Shown: positions 38,335 to 50,200 of the stretch, one piece after another
How the letters are laid out: every line of letters starts with the position of its first letter
Numbering within the stretch: position 1 is the stretch's first letter
Virus record (IMG/VR): IMGVR_UViG_3300037501_000255
Strand: one strand, 5' to 3'
DNA from: a virus
Lineage: Duplodnaviria; Caudoviricetes
Length of the DNA: 64,000 bases
Program-made: the position numbers and the translations under genes
The notes under the pieces: generated by a model
Seen by the model: the letters and a program-made list of their open reading frames with translations, nothing else
Databases searched by the model: none
What the model was told of the DNA's origin: nothing

Positions 38335-41300
38335 TTACCTACTATCTTCAACTATAGATACTTCGCCCGGTACTATATATTGATTCCTATCCGCCGATAT
38401 ACTTTTCACTACACCTGTCTTACCTGATAAGTTAAATTTTGTAATCACTACCCTGTCCACTCCTGCAACCTGATATGCGGCACTAATGAGATCGGAGGCA
38501 TCAAGCGTAGTATTTAGACCAGTTGCTGTTGTAAATACTGTTAACGTCTGCTCGACGGACTGGAGAATACTGGATGTGTTTGCCACAGCGTTGCTAGCAA
38601 CCACAATCTTCATACCTATGTCCACCACAAGTGCAGATGCCTGCTTTACTAGCACATCTGCGGTTACAGGTCTTACCTTTTCAATGGCAAAAGTAGAGTC
38701 AGTAATAAGTTTATTGTAATTGTACTTTAATGTTATTCTCTCGCCTTCTTTTGGGGCTGTATAGGTGTACGTAGTGAGGTACCCAGTACCCGAGATGGGC
38801 TGATTCATTCCAGTTATTGTAATGTTGCCTGAAACAATACCGGAGGTATTTGTAAACCCGCTAGCTACGGCAATTGATGATACGTACGCGTACTTATATT
38901 TAGATACATACACGCCTGAGGCGCCGGCCACAAGGCTTTCCGAGTTGTTTGTATCACAGTAGTAGTAGACAACGCGTAGCTTTTGGCCTGTGGTAAATGA
39001 GTTATCTAGGTTGCTCTGCGTCTCCGACAAAGATATTTGCGTACGCGATAACAGGCTATTTACGAAACCTGTACCGTCAGAATATCTATTATCTAACAGC
39101 TCATAATTTAATGTATCGAATGAGAAATCTACGCTGCTCACGGTGTCATTTGCGACCGTAACTCTCTCCACCGATTCAAGTCTTGCAACAAATCCGCTCG
39201 CTGGAATATTTGACAATCCAAGTGAGTTTAATATACTTGATTGTAGATCTAGCGCTAAACCATTCTGCGTGACAGTTACAATGTCCTCAACCTTTTGCAA
39301 GGTATGTCCTATAATTGTTAGCCTTCCTCGACTTGGTGTGCCTTGTAGATTAATTCGCAGATATGATGGCGCATATCTTAAATTACGCACTATAGTTGAG
39401 CCAGAGTAAAGATTGGTTATAGGCTGTATGCCTGATGTTATGAGCGCTACAGTAAATGCATTTTGATTTCCTGTTGCCGGTAGCGACAGGAGTGATGTTG
39501 TCGGAAGTATAGAGGTTATGTCTGCCACGTAACTTACGTACATGGTCGTGCCTATCGGTAAATCGCTTACATTTGGCAGCTTAACCTGTGTACCTGTGAA
39601 TGTACCAAGATCATATCCGTCTGGAGAAAACCGGTCTGTAACATTATACTTTACCGTGGCGGCGGCGCCAAGTGGCAGAGTCGTGTCTGTAGGTAGCGTA
39701 ATTTCACTACCAGTATAAGAGCCATTGCTTAGCTTTGTATAGAACACCTCTTTATTGACATCATCTACGATGCTTAATATGTTAACAATCGGCGTAGAGA
39801 CTGTTATCTTACCGCCCACATTTGCGGATACCTCTTCCTGTATCGTACTTACATCTATAACTCGCGATACTGGATGAGTGACCGTAACATAGTAACCGTC
39901 AACCGTGGAGTATAGGAGGAGTTCTTCTTCAAGTTCTACTCTGTTTGAGAAGCCCCAATCTATGGAATCCTGCACTGTTCTGAAGTTACTTAATGCGGAT
40001 AGGTCATCAAAATCAATATCTGGATCATATATATTATCCCATAGATAACTTACTTCTATATTGTCAGTTGCTACAGGAAGAGTATTTCCAGCAATCGTAA
40101 TTCTGCCTGTGGTATTAGCCTCGCCTACCGCGCCATCTGGATTAGAATTCGAGACGGTATATCTCTCACCGGTTGTGGCATTGTAGACGCGATCAACCGC
40201 TATTATTGGGACGTGTTGTAGGGTTAGCGTTGCTCGATCCGTAGAGGAGAGTGTAGCTGCTTCATTCTTGAGTGTTATTTGCTGGTGGATATTTGGAAAT
40301 GATTGTACATCACTAAATGTTGTGGCGTCTTGGCCATTAAAGATGCCCTTTATGATCACTTCATCTTCCAATTTTATATTGTTACTTATCCATCGTAATT
40401 TATCAAATCCGAATGGACTGCTACCAAAAGCTCCGGTATCAGCTACGAGCTCGAAATTGCCAACCTCATTGCCGCTCTCATCAATATACTTCTGAATGAA
40501 ATTAGCGCCTGATGAACCGCCACTTACAGAAAGTATCTCTAGAACCGGCTGTAGCGGAAGCGTGCCTGCACGAATCGATTCCCGACGGCGCTGCTGGAAG
40601 TTGAGAGCAGTACTTATACCGCGCTGCCCTAAAATATAGTCATTTTTAGCATCTGTAGGGTCGCCTTTCCCACTAAGGTCTTTGTATATATATGACTCTA
40701 TTGCCTCTTCTGTGGCCTGACCCTGAATATAGAGATCTACTTTGCCGCCCGTGCCGGGGTCTACAACAATCTTCTTGCCGGAAGAGTCCACTGAAACTTG
40801 AGTGCCGTCACGGGTCATGAGGGGATCTCCAGGTTCTACGGCTAAAACATCTACAACTCTGGTATCGGCTCTTAGTGTATTGATGTAACCCAGCGCCGTT
40901 CCTATATTTGAGCCGGCAAAGATGCTGAGTATCCTAGCCCTGAAAGTAGCATCGCTTTCAACATTGGCACCGCCAGAAAATGTCTCAAGATTTGTAACTG
41001 CAGAAATTCCTGGCACACTGGCACTTGTCAGAGAATATTTGCTTATATTGCCGGCAGCACCTGGACTTACTGCCTCAACTGGCACCTCTATAGCATATTC
41101 ATCGGTAATTCCTGCAGTATCCAATTCTAATCGCAGTCTGGAAGCATTTGCCGCATATACTCCCGAATTAGATACGGACATCGTAGCTGCTATCATAGTA
41201 CGGAATCGTACGCCACTGCGTGAGGTGACTGCCGTATTTGCAGGTATAGCGATATCTGAATCTAGTGCTGTAGCCGTGAATACGGCTACTCCGCTTGCAG

Positions 41301-41553
41301 CGGCCCCACCGCCTCGTGTGGCGGAAAAGTTTGATGCCAAACGATCTAGACTGGAGCCCGTCGCGGTCGCGTAGGATTGTAGATTTGCTATGCTGCGCAA
41401 GTCGGCGTATAGGCGCGAAATCTCCTGTGCTGCAGGGTCTACAGCCACATCGCGAAAAACCGTACCTGGCTTTGTGTCTGCATTCGGCTGCAATAGCCTT
41501 ATATTATCCAACATTGAAAGTATAATGCTATCTAAACTTCTGAAATTAGCCAT
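38335..41553 (-). CDS. Baseplate J-like (T4 gp6-like) wedge protein with large insertions
   Basis: ATGSSLDRLASNF, ASGVAVF, VEAVSPGAAGNI, GGANVESDATFRARI, and C-terminal IDASDLI...VAGVDRV-like segment. Confidence 0.88.
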   Translation of the reverse strand: MANFRSLDSIILSMLDNIRLLQPNADTKPGTVFRDVAVDPAAQEISRLYADLRSIANLQSYATATGSSLDRLASNFSATRGGGAAASGVAVFTATALDSDIAIPANTAVTSRSGVRFRTMIAATMSVSNSGVYAANASRLRLELDTAGITDEYAIEVPVEAVSPGAAGNISKYSLTSASVPGISAVTNLETFSGGANVESDATFRARILSIFAGSNIGTALGYINTLRADTRVVDVLAVEPGDPLMTRDGTQVSVDSSGKKIVVDPGTGGKVDLYIQGQATEEAIESYIYKDLSGKGDPTDAKNDYILGQRGISTALNFQQRRRESIRAGTLPLQPVLEILSVSGGSSGANFIQKYIDESGNEVGNFELVADTGAFGSSPFGFDKLRWISNNIKLEDEVIIKGIFNGQDATTFSDVQSFPNIHQQITLKNEAATLSSTDRATLTLQHVPIIAVDRVYNATTGERYTVSNSNPDGAVGEANTTGRITIAGNTLPVATDNIEVSYLWDNIYDPDIDFDDLSALSNFRTVQDSIDWGFSNRVELEEELLLYSTVDGYYVTVTHPVSRVIDVSTIQEEVSANVGGKITVSTPIVNILSIVDDVNKEVFYTKLSNGSYTGSEITLPTDTTLPLGAAATVKYNVTDRFSPDGYDLGTFTGTQVKLPNVSDLPIGTTMYVSYVADITSILPTTSLLSLPATGNQNAFTVALITSGIQPITNLYSGSTIVRNLRYAPSYLRINLQGTPSRGRLTIIGHTLQKVEDIVTVTQNGLALDLQSSILNSLGLSNIPASGFVARLESVERVTVANDTVSSVDFSFDTLNYELLDNRYSDGTGFVNSLLSRTQISLSETQSNLDNSFTTGQKLRVVYYYCDTNNSESLVAGASGVYVSKYKYAYVSSIAVASGFTNTSGIVSGNITITGMNQPISGTGYLTTYTYTAPKEGERITLKYNYNKLITDSTFAIEKVRPVTADVLVKQASALVVDIGMKIVVASNAVANTSSILQSVEQTLTVFTTATGLNTTLDASDLISAAYQVAGVDRVVITKFNLSGKTGVVKSISADRNQYIVPGEVSIVEDSR

Positions 41554-41561
41554 TTACGTTC

Positions 41562-41993
41562 CTATATCTGTATATCAAAGACTTCACGGATAACGCTTCC
41601 CTTTTTCGTTGTGACATCAATAACAATGTTATATTGCCGTGCATCATAAAGACTTCGCTGTACCTTTACATTCAATATTTGACTTAGCTGCTCATTTGGC
41701 GTTAGGTACTGTCCGTCTTTCAGCTGTAGTGCCTGGAGTTTCATCAAATTCGTCAAACAGAAATTTACAGCATCAGCTACCTCTGTTTCTAGAATATTAA
41801 ATGGCATTGCTTTGCCGATCACTCTGTCCCCCAACGGGCTCCCATACCACGGATTAAGTGCGGAGCTGCCTTGAGAGGTTAGAAGTATCTTTACGATATC
41901 TTGTTTTAGCTTGTCTTCATTGAAGATACGCTGAAGGGCGCCGTCGGAGCCGAAGCTGAAAGAGCCGTTGACTAGTTTAAGATCAAATGACAT
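41562..41993 (-). CDS. gp25/GPW-like baseplate protein
   Basis: LKQDIVKILLTSQGS..LNPWYGS; size and position also fit. Confidence 0.85.
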   Translation of the reverse strand: MSFDLKLVNGSFSFGSDGALQRIFNEDKLKQDIVKILLTSQGSSALNPWYGSPLGDRVIGKAMPFNILETEVADAVNFCLTNLMKLQALQLKDGQYLTPNEQLSQILNVKVQRSLYDARQYNIVIDVTTKKGSVIREVFDIQI

Positions 41994-41997
41994 GCAC

Positions 41998-43467
41998 TCA
42001 TTGAGTTTTTGCCTCGGCTGAAGCGAATCCTTCTGCTATATTAAACGCTTCTATAACCTTCTCCTCTAGTGCCTTGAGCGACTCGGCCACCGTTGCGGGA
42101 GTGGTGTTGAAGAGAGCCTCAATAGTGGAGTCGGGCGGGCGGAAAAACTCATCCTCCTTAAGTCGCTTTTGTGCATCTTCGTTGAGCAGCCCCAGCAAAT
42201 ACTTCGTTTCAATGGCAAATAGGCCATAGATTATACATATAACATCAAATATTGATAGTCCGCTAAACTCCCCAGTATAGTACATAAGCTGCTGTTTTAG
42301 CTGCTCAACCCTAGTCAACTTCTCGTCCTTTTCGTGCTGCTTTTCTTGTAATTTTCTATTTAACTCTTCAACTTCATATGTTATTAGGCTGTTTAGCTGT
42401 GCCACTAGCACGTCTGGTACAATATTTGAGGTGCTTACTCCGTGTTCCAATCTACGTATTTCCTCGCGGCGCTTTACCTGCTCGGTTGGCAACATAAAAG
42501 CTATAGCATTCTGGTTGGCGATTTCCGCCTTTATTAAAGCTATTTCTTGATCTAGGGCGTAAATTTTTGTCTCGGCCTTAATTGTGGTACTCTGAGCCGA
42601 GCGCATTTGTGGATTCGATACTGGGGTAGGGACAAATGCAATCTGAGTAGATAGCCCCTGCACCTCTTTGCGCGCCTCTTCGAATTTAGTGGCTAGACTC
42701 TTTAATATTTGCAGTAGCTTTGTAAGTATTGCCAAATCAACGAATGTGAATTGAGCCTCTTTAACACTAACTCCAGATGCTGATATTAAGCTTTGCAGCT
42801 GTGCCTTAAGCTTCTCAACTCCCTCTGTGTTATTTATAGTCTTGACACGCATATAGAATATGTTATCTATTAGCGGCCTTGATAAGCGGGCCTTGCTTCC
42901 CATTGGTATGTAATCTTCGCCATTTATGGTGTGCTGAAACGATGGCGCAAGCCTTCGGGTTAGCGGAAAAACCGGCACGGCAGCATCGACTACTAGTGGA
43001 AATAGCGATGTGCGCTTAGAATTTGATTTTACGCCTGCAGATATATTTTCTGGCTTAAACATAAATTCAGCGAATCTAGCAGGATCTGGCGGCTCCACAA
43101 GCCTGCCATTTCTTTCACGTATCTGTAGAAATACTTCTCGATCCAGCTCCTCACTATTATATAGTGAGTGGAAATAATTTAGAGTTCCATCTTGTGATAT
43201 GTATGTCTTGAATTCCCCGTCTCTGCGATGCTGATGTACAAATGCCGGATCTGTGGCAGCCGGCAACCCGATCATTCTATAGAAGGCATTAAGCTTCGTT
43301 TCGCCTATACCTCCGGGCGAAACCGGAGCTGCTGCGACAAGCTCATTGTATTTTGCAGATACCTGAGAACGATAAATGTCTATAATTGAGTATAGCTGCT
43401 CTGCAAATGTAAGAGCATCAAAGTTAGAGCTTTCATTTTCGACATCGTTCTGTATATGCTCCGCCAT
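41998..43467 (-). CDS. Hypothetical baseplate-region protein, coiled-coil rich
   Basis: Lies within the baseplate operon. Long heptad-like segments and one hydrophobic stretch (LSIFDVICIIYGLFAI). Confidence 0.65.
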   Translation of the reverse strand: MAEHIQNDVENESSNFDALTFAEQLYSIIDIYRSQVSAKYNELVAAAPVSPGGIGETKLNAFYRMIGLPAATDPAFVHQHRRDGEFKTYISQDGTLNYFHSLYNSEELDREVFLQIRERNGRLVEPPDPARFAEFMFKPENISAGVKSNSKRTSLFPLVVDAAVPVFPLTRRLAPSFQHTINGEDYIPMGSKARLSRPLIDNIFYMRVKTINNTEGVEKLKAQLQSLISASGVSVKEAQFTFVDLAILTKLLQILKSLATKFEEARKEVQGLSTQIAFVPTPVSNPQMRSAQSTTIKAETKIYALDQEIALIKAEIANQNAIAFMLPTEQVKRREEIRRLEHGVSTSNIVPDVLVAQLNSLITYEVEELNRKLQEKQHEKDEKLTRVEQLKQQLMYYTGEFSGLSIFDVICIIYGLFAIETKYLLGLLNEDAQKRLKEDEFFRPPDSTIEALFNTTPATVAESLKALEEKVIEAFNIAEGFASAEAKTQ

Positions 43468-45266
43468 TATGGCCTCCTGCGACCGCCAGAAGACTGCACA
43501 TATTGCCTCTCGCGACGGCGACGTGGGTATTGTCCTGCCGGTTCTACAAACTCGACATTTAGAACCTTACTTACAATATTTGTTCCATCAAATATCCCTG
43601 GCGAAATACACTCTTGATTACCAACTAGAAATGACGCTGTAATTTCTGCCGTACCGGAAGATGTTGACGTAAAAGATGCTTTGTATGTCGAGTCTGCTGT
43701 ATCAAACACAACTGGTCCGACTGTGCCCATGGACGCTGTAAACACAACCTGAAAATTTGTATTGGGCAACTGTGCATCTATGAGATTTGCGCCACTACGT
43801 TCGTTAATCCGCAACGACAGCTGTGCGCTGTCGGAGCCGTCGGCAACAACATATACTTTAGATACTTCAAATACACTTGAGGTTTTTGAGGCTCCGATAC
43901 ATACAACATCTTGATAAAATGATGTTAGGTCTGATAGGTATGCTGTTATTGCATCATTGACATCTTGCGTTGCATCATATGTCGGATCAGCTGCTAGCCG
44001 ATCGTGTATGTCATTTAGGGTCTCCTCTAGCGCATCTGGACGAGGGAATCTGCGTCCAACCTTGGTAATTACCGCGTCTAGGGCACGAGCTCCGCCTGAA
44101 CCTCCCGAGTCCTGATTTGCATTATTGCTTGCAGCAAATTGCACTGCCTGCACCTCATCCATGCAGCCTAGGCTGATGAGATTGCTTAGGAGCAATTGTG
44201 TTTCATCTGGGACTATTTCAAAAGAAACAACATCGTCAACTGTTAGACCGCTGGCCTTGAATGTTACCGTTCCTACCGTCACATCTGTAACCGGATACAG
44301 GGTTCCATCTACCAATATGCGTATGGTCGCAGGCTCTCTATTAGCCGCACTGTCTTCCGATGTGGGCTTCAGTTTGGATGAATCTATAATGTATTTTTTT
44401 AAGTCATTGACTTCGGGATGAGATGGTACAGACAATACCGTTGCCTCGGGAATGATGGTAATCGTAAATCCATCCACCGGTTCGAAGCTAATGCCGGCTT
44501 GCGAGGATAGGATTGTACCCGAGCCGGACGGAGGATCTTTGATTATTGGCGGACAGCTATCAGGATTGCAGCAATCGGCCTCTGTGGCGCAGAAGAATTG
44601 TGCGCTGAGGCCCATGAAGAAGTCCAGCATATCAAGGATGAATGTCAGCGGTGCTAGAGCACCGACCTCATTCAAAAATAGCTGTAACAGCTGACAGATG
44701 CGCTGCGCACATCCATCGACGGCTGCGAAGTTGCCACTTGCTACATCTGCGGGTATTTTGTTTCCGCATTCTATAATCTGCTCAATTATTGGGATTAATG
44801 CCGACAGCATTGCCATTATTATGGCAATGACTAGTTTTATGATATCTATTATGAATAGGATGGTTGCCAGTGGAGGAAGTAGTGCTATTACTGGTGGTAT
44901 TATGTTGAGAAATAGCTCTATGATACTTTCTATTACTGGTATTGGGTTAAAGAGCGCGCATATTATATCTAATATGCCGCGAATTAAATCTAGTATGATG
45001 AATATGGGGGCAAATCCCGACATCACGGATCCTATTGGTCCCATAATTGTCGTTAGCAATTCATTTATTGACTTATACGGCTCTCCCGTCGGCTTAATCT
45101 TGCCTCCGCCAGGAAATTGCATCTGCAGCAATTTCTCATTTGTCATTGCCTTCTTATCTGCCGGCTGAAAACCAGTATTAAATGGAGGATAGAAATTTTC
45201 ACCAAATGCTGCCATTACAGCAGCATTGAATGGGTTAATTGGTCCGACTGGAATGCAACCCGGCAT
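43467..45266 (-). CDS. Protein with extended hydrophobic helices and a C-terminal invasin/Big_1-like Ig domain
   Basis: About 120 residues of I/L/F-rich helices. VADGSDSAQLSLRI...TYKASFTSTSSGTAEITAS matches the Big_1 pattern. Confidence 0.65.
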   Translation of the reverse strand: MPGCIPVGPINPFNAAVMAAFGENFYPPFNTGFQPADKKAMTNEKLLQMQFPGGGKIKPTGEPYKSINELLTTIMGPIGSVMSGFAPIFIILDLIRGILDIICALFNPIPVIESIIELFLNIIPPVIALLPPLATILFIIDIIKLVIAIIMAMLSALIPIIEQIIECGNKIPADVASGNFAAVDGCAQRICQLLQLFLNEVGALAPLTFILDMLDFFMGLSAQFFCATEADCCNPDSCPPIIKDPPSGSGTILSSQAGISFEPVDGFTITIIPEATVLSVPSHPEVNDLKKYIIDSSKLKPTSEDSAANREPATIRILVDGTLYPVTDVTVGTVTFKASGLTVDDVVSFEIVPDETQLLLSNLISLGCMDEVQAVQFAASNNANQDSGGSGGARALDAVITKVGRRFPRPDALEETLNDIHDRLAADPTYDATQDVNDAITAYLSDLTSFYQDVVCIGASKTSSVFEVSKVYVVADGSDSAQLSLRINERSGANLIDAQLPNTNFQVVFTASMGTVGPVVFDTADSTYKASFTSTSSGTAEITASFLVGNQECISPGIFDGTNIVSKVLNVEFVEPAGQYPRRRRERQYVQSSGGRRRP

Positions 45267-47206
45267 TACTTAATCTCCATACCAGTAGGCAGCAGAAGTC
45301 TCTGGCCATCTTTGCCATAAAATGCAATGGCTGACCCAGAGAGCAGGGTTTGACCCTCTGCTGTAAGCTTCAGATCGCCACCAGATTTTACCTCAATATC
45401 GGTATCTGGGGCACTTTCCAAATGTATCCCTTCACTATCCAACGTGATCACATGAAATCCTGCAGTTCCGCTATCTGCGCTCTTGACTTTCACGAATATT
45501 TTTACAACCGGGCTATCATTTGGACTATCATTTACCGCAGAATCTCCGCCCACCTGAACATAAACGTTTCCGTCCATCTGCGAAATGACGCTGTGGCTAT
45601 TCCTGTCCATGCCTATTCTTGATATTACAGAGCCGTAAGTGTCTATCACTACAGACTTATTATCTGCGGCGTCTCTTCCGATATTAAGCTCGAGGCTTCC
45701 ATCTAAATTTGCGTGCACACTGCGGCCTCCGGCATTCGCTTCAGAGTCTGTAGTAGAATTTTTCAATTTTGATGTTATAATGTCGCCAAGATGAGCTTCT
45801 GGAACGGTATTTAATATGTCATGATATGCTGTCTTGTATGCAAATCTATTTTTTGATAATATATCTGTCGGGGCATAGGATGGGTCTAGCTCTATGCCAC
45901 CTCCTGCACCGAATCCAAACTGTTGTATATCCACACGATTTTTATCTCTGAATTGACCATTATTTCTCGTGGCTTCAGATGAGGTGTCGTATGAATTTAT
46001 AAATCTGCTTAGTAAAGGTATGTTGCCGGTATTCGACGACGCTGGGATGTTGACTTTGAGCAGGCCTTCGCCATCAATATCTACGGAGAATCTAGAGTGT
46101 GAATACCCGACACCGTCAGTCGCATCCGGGTCGTCAAGCGTATCTAGTCGCGGCGGCACTGCAACCTGCTTAACTTTACGCGAGTTAAGTTCGAAGTGGT
46201 ATTTGATTGACCTACGTAGAAGTGCTAGATTTTCTTCCAACACTTTGCCTGTGTTATCTTGTATTGGAAATAGGATTTTGTTTCTGTTTAGATCTAGTAT
46301 ATTTCCATATATATCTACCGTTGTACCTATAATATTCTCAAATAGAATATTTGGCAGATGCATGCCTAAATTCATAACATCGGTTCTTTGCATATCGCGA
46401 CGTGATGGCTGATTTAGGAAGTCTCGGCTAGAATCAGCGGAGAGCCTTTCAACCTCCTTGCCGTAATCCTCGCTCATATCCTTCAGTGCATATTCGTATA
46501 CCAGTGTACGGTGCTCTGCTAGCGCCGGGTTGCGAAAAGATATTGCCTCAGATGCCGTACTAGACTTTGTCGTTAGCGGTTGGGCCTGCATACTAGGATT
46601 TCTACCTATAGCTGATAATTCGTAATCGTAATCTATAGCAGTTAGCTTGTCGCTGTTCTGTTCTATGGCTCGCGGAGCTGGTCTCAAATCACGGAGTACA
46701 ATGCCGCTAATGTGACGATACGCCTCAGTATTCTCGTATTTATTTCTAAAGTATTCAAGTGCGGTTTTTGTGCGCGCATTATGCTTTACAAAAGTATCCC
46801 CACCAGTTGTGAGTTCCAACCCATATTGGGTGAGTCGAACACGGCTACCTGCCAAACTCTGAAGGACAATATCTCCAGGACTTAGAGTGGGGTACTGCCG
46901 CTCATTGACGGTAATCGAGCTTATATCTGTGGTTCCGCCAAAATCAAGCTGCGAATAAGCTGATAGAGGAACCGTGCCGATCGGAACATGTTGGCTCATA
47001 CCGGCATGCGTCATCATGATGCGCGTTTTCGAGGTTGGCCCCACAAAAATGCCCCATCCATTCGCCGCATATGGGTGCGGAGCATAAGTTGTAAACTTAC
47101 GCGATGTATCCATATCGGTAAATCTATATACGATCTTATTTGTTTTAGGATCGTACGAATCAATAATAGCTGGTCTAGCCTGCAGTTTTGGCAACGGTGA
47201 ATTCAT
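45266..47206 (-). CDS. Central spike protein (gp5/VgrG-like)
   Basis: N-terminal OB-fold-like PHPY...GWGIFVGP. C-terminal beta-strand repeats (SLELNIG, GNVYVQVGG, IEVKSGGDLKL). Follows the hub gene. Confidence 0.7.
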   Translation of the reverse strand: MNSPLPKLQARPAIIDSYDPKTNKIVYRFTDMDTSRKFTTYAPHPYAANGWGIFVGPTSKTRIMMTHAGMSQHVPIGTVPLSAYSQLDFGGTTDISSITVNERQYPTLSPGDIVLQSLAGSRVRLTQYGLELTTGGDTFVKHNARTKTALEYFRNKYENTEAYRHISGIVLRDLRPAPRAIEQNSDKLTAIDYDYELSAIGRNPSMQAQPLTTKSSTASEAISFRNPALAEHRTLVYEYALKDMSEDYGKEVERLSADSSRDFLNQPSRRDMQRTDVMNLGMHLPNILFENIIGTTVDIYGNILDLNRNKILFPIQDNTGKVLEENLALLRRSIKYHFELNSRKVKQVAVPPRLDTLDDPDATDGVGYSHSRFSVDIDGEGLLKVNIPASSNTGNIPLLSRFINSYDTSSEATRNNGQFRDKNRVDIQQFGFGAGGGIELDPSYAPTDILSKNRFAYKTAYHDILNTVPEAHLGDIITSKLKNSTTDSEANAGGRSVHANLDGSLELNIGRDAADNKSVVIDTYGSVISRIGMDRNSHSVISQMDGNVYVQVGGDSAVNDSPNDSPVVKIFVKVKSADSGTAGFHVITLDSEGIHLESAPDTDIEVKSGGDLKLTAEGQTLLSGSAIAFYGKDGQRLLLPTGMEIK

Positions 47207-50200
47207 TATGCGGTCTTCCCCATATCATCGTTTGGTACACCGAGTGATGCATCGAGCTCCCCGGCCTGCGCGGGAGCGATGTGCTGCCCCTGCGTTTGCT
47301 CGCCAGCAGAGTCGCCAGTCACGCTACGGTCTACAATTATTGCGATATCCAGTGCATTTACTGGCAGGCCGAGAGACTGCCCGCTAGGGTCAATAGAGTC
47401 ACTCATCCATGCACGTTGAGATGGCATACGGCGATATTTGATATCATCATCAGTCAGTTTTCTATCTATCACAACTATTGCGCCGGGATCTGAGCCCTGT
47501 TTAAAATACTTTTCTTCTATTCTTTGAGGCGCTTCTTCGCTCTTATCATTAACTTGAGTGGCATCTATACTCAAAGAATCATTTAGAGGTATTGTTTCTT
47601 CAGGATATATTCCAGTAGTCATGACAGATCGAATTGCTGACATATATGCCTTGATTGTATCCTCCGTCGGCGTTACTACTGGTTTTCCATCTTGCCTGCG
47701 TCCAGTCAGCTTATTGATATCAGCAACCATAAAGCCTCGTATTTCTAATTTAATTGAAGCGCCTCCACTAGAACTTATGGTAGAGTGTGCTTTGATTATG
47801 GCATTTTTGATTTTTGAAGCATTTGTTTTAATGAAGTGCTGCATTGGCCCGTTATCGATATCGGGTGCCGGCGCTTCAGATGTTTTTATTGGGAAGTATA
47901 GTGTTTCTAATACCTTTACCTGTGCAGAGGCCGGAGGCGCACGGTTGACTCGCTGATTTAGTCCGCCGCGCGCGGCGTCAGCCAGGAGCGTTCTGCCTAT
48001 AATATCAAATGGCTGAGGTATATATTGCCCTAGTGGGCGGCCGTATGCTAGCTGCAGCGTCGTCGTAAAACTATTAGATCTTAGATCTATGCTGTGATTT
48101 ACTGATGTGATGTAATATAACATTTCTTTCGCTGCAATATATACAGTTTCTCCTACTTGATAGTGCTCATTCCCAACAATAGTGATAGATCCAGTATGTA
48201 TCTGCCCTCTCTGCTGCATCAATCTCATTACAGCATATGGCGCGAGCTGTGTTTCTGGATTATTTAGATATGGTACCTTATCATCTGCAGCGTGCCTGTA
48301 TCCGAACTGCCTCCATAGATCAAAATCCGATGCGCCCGCCCAGAAGGCCAACGGATTTCCTGTAACTATAGCCTCGCCCTGGCCAAGAAGATTTTCTGAG
48401 CCATACACATTAATGCGTGTGAAATCAGGCGGTTTAATTTCAAAATCCATGGAGAGGATTACATCATCTTCTATGACAAATCTTTTTCCAGAATTTCTAC
48501 CAAAAGTATTTTGCAAGTCATTTATAACCATGTCTTGTATGAATTTTGGTATAAATGAAACTCTATCATTTCCAAAAATGGCGGCCGTATCTGACACCAT
48601 AGAGCTAAAAAATGCTCCTATTAGTGCTCCAGGACCGTTAAAGGTGGCGGCACTGTCAATGCCGCTTTGCTGATCCAACAGCCTTACCGTGGCATTGATG
48701 AGAGTTTGTCGTTTGGAAACCCTGACCGATATTTCATTAGTTAACCTCAATCGTTCAGAGGCTGCATTGCCATTAGCATTTGTGTACTTATTTATTTCAG
48801 ATAGTATTGCCGCGCGCTGCTCGATCGAGTCTGCAAAATACTCTTCTGCCGGATGGCCGGTAAGGCGACGCAGATCGTTGCGCACAGACATAACTTCCGT
48901 GATGATCTCATTCTCATTTAGTGACGTGGGCCACGCCTCGCTGTCTAGGTTTTCAAGAGCTAGATCCGTCTGAGTTCCCTCTGTGAATGCCGCATGCTCC
49001 AAACTGGCTTCGCGTAGAGCTACGTCATCTATTGCATATGTAACCAGCCCCGAACTTCCTGAGGGATACGCACGCGTAATATATTTTAGACCTGCCCCCA
49101 GGGCGCTGCCGTCCGCATAATCATTTAACTTATCTATGCCGCCCAAGAAAGCGACGCGTTCACGTATCTCTAGTTCAATAACAGTGAGTCTGTCTTTGTA
49201 TGTTTGTGCTCTATTTTTTATCAGATTTTCTATGAATGGAGGTACTAAGCTAACTCCATCTGTCTGACCGAGCTGTATTAGACGCAGCATAAGTGATAGC
49301 GGTATTTTGTTATATTCTGGGGGTCTAAAATTTATATTACCTTGGCTATCAGCAAATAATTCAAAGTGCAGTACATTAGCAACTTCTTGCGCTATTTCTA
49401 TCGGATGCTTATATGTGTTTTTGAATGGATCGAATCCCTGGTTGTCCTTTAAGTCCTGAACGAAACTTTGAATAGATAAATCTGTGCTATATCTATCTGA
49501 TACAACAAAGAAATTGTTATCTTTATTGTATTTAACATCTTCTGGTTTCTTGAGTAGAATATATTGTACTCTTTTAGATGCTTGATTGTTTTCATCGTCT
49601 GTTAAGTGTTGAACTACATCATCTCCGAAAATTCTGACATCACCTACATTGCTCATAGTCGAATTTAGTCTTCGCAGAGCCGCTTCCGCTGCGACCTGTT
49701 CGGCTTGCAGCATCTTCAACTGCTCTTGTACTGCAATGCTGCCATCGACTAGCTTAACATTCGCTATCTTACCCTTAATGCCCGCCAATTGTCGCTGTAG
49801 GGCATTAATAGAGCCTACCGCGCGCGACACCTGCCGCTCGAAGGCTGCGGCCTGAGTGGCCCTTTCCCGATCGATGACTTCCGTTATAGCTGGAAGAAAT
49901 CGCCCATTAGTTGGATTTGATTGTTCAAAAATATCGAATAAATGATCGAAGTAGGCGTTTGAACTACCCTCATTTGAAAGCGTGATTGAGCCCGAGTCAA
50001 GTGCAGCACGTATAAATGTATTGTAGTTGTATGGCTTTCCACATATAAGTATGCTGAGTATATCTGCTGCATCTAATTTAGCAAATACATTGTTAAGCAC
50101 TGTGAGTCCATAATCTTGCTCAATTCCAGGCACTGAGGCGAATGTGTCTCCTAGTGGGCGATTGACGTTTATGTTTTGTGTAACAGTTAGAATACCGCGT

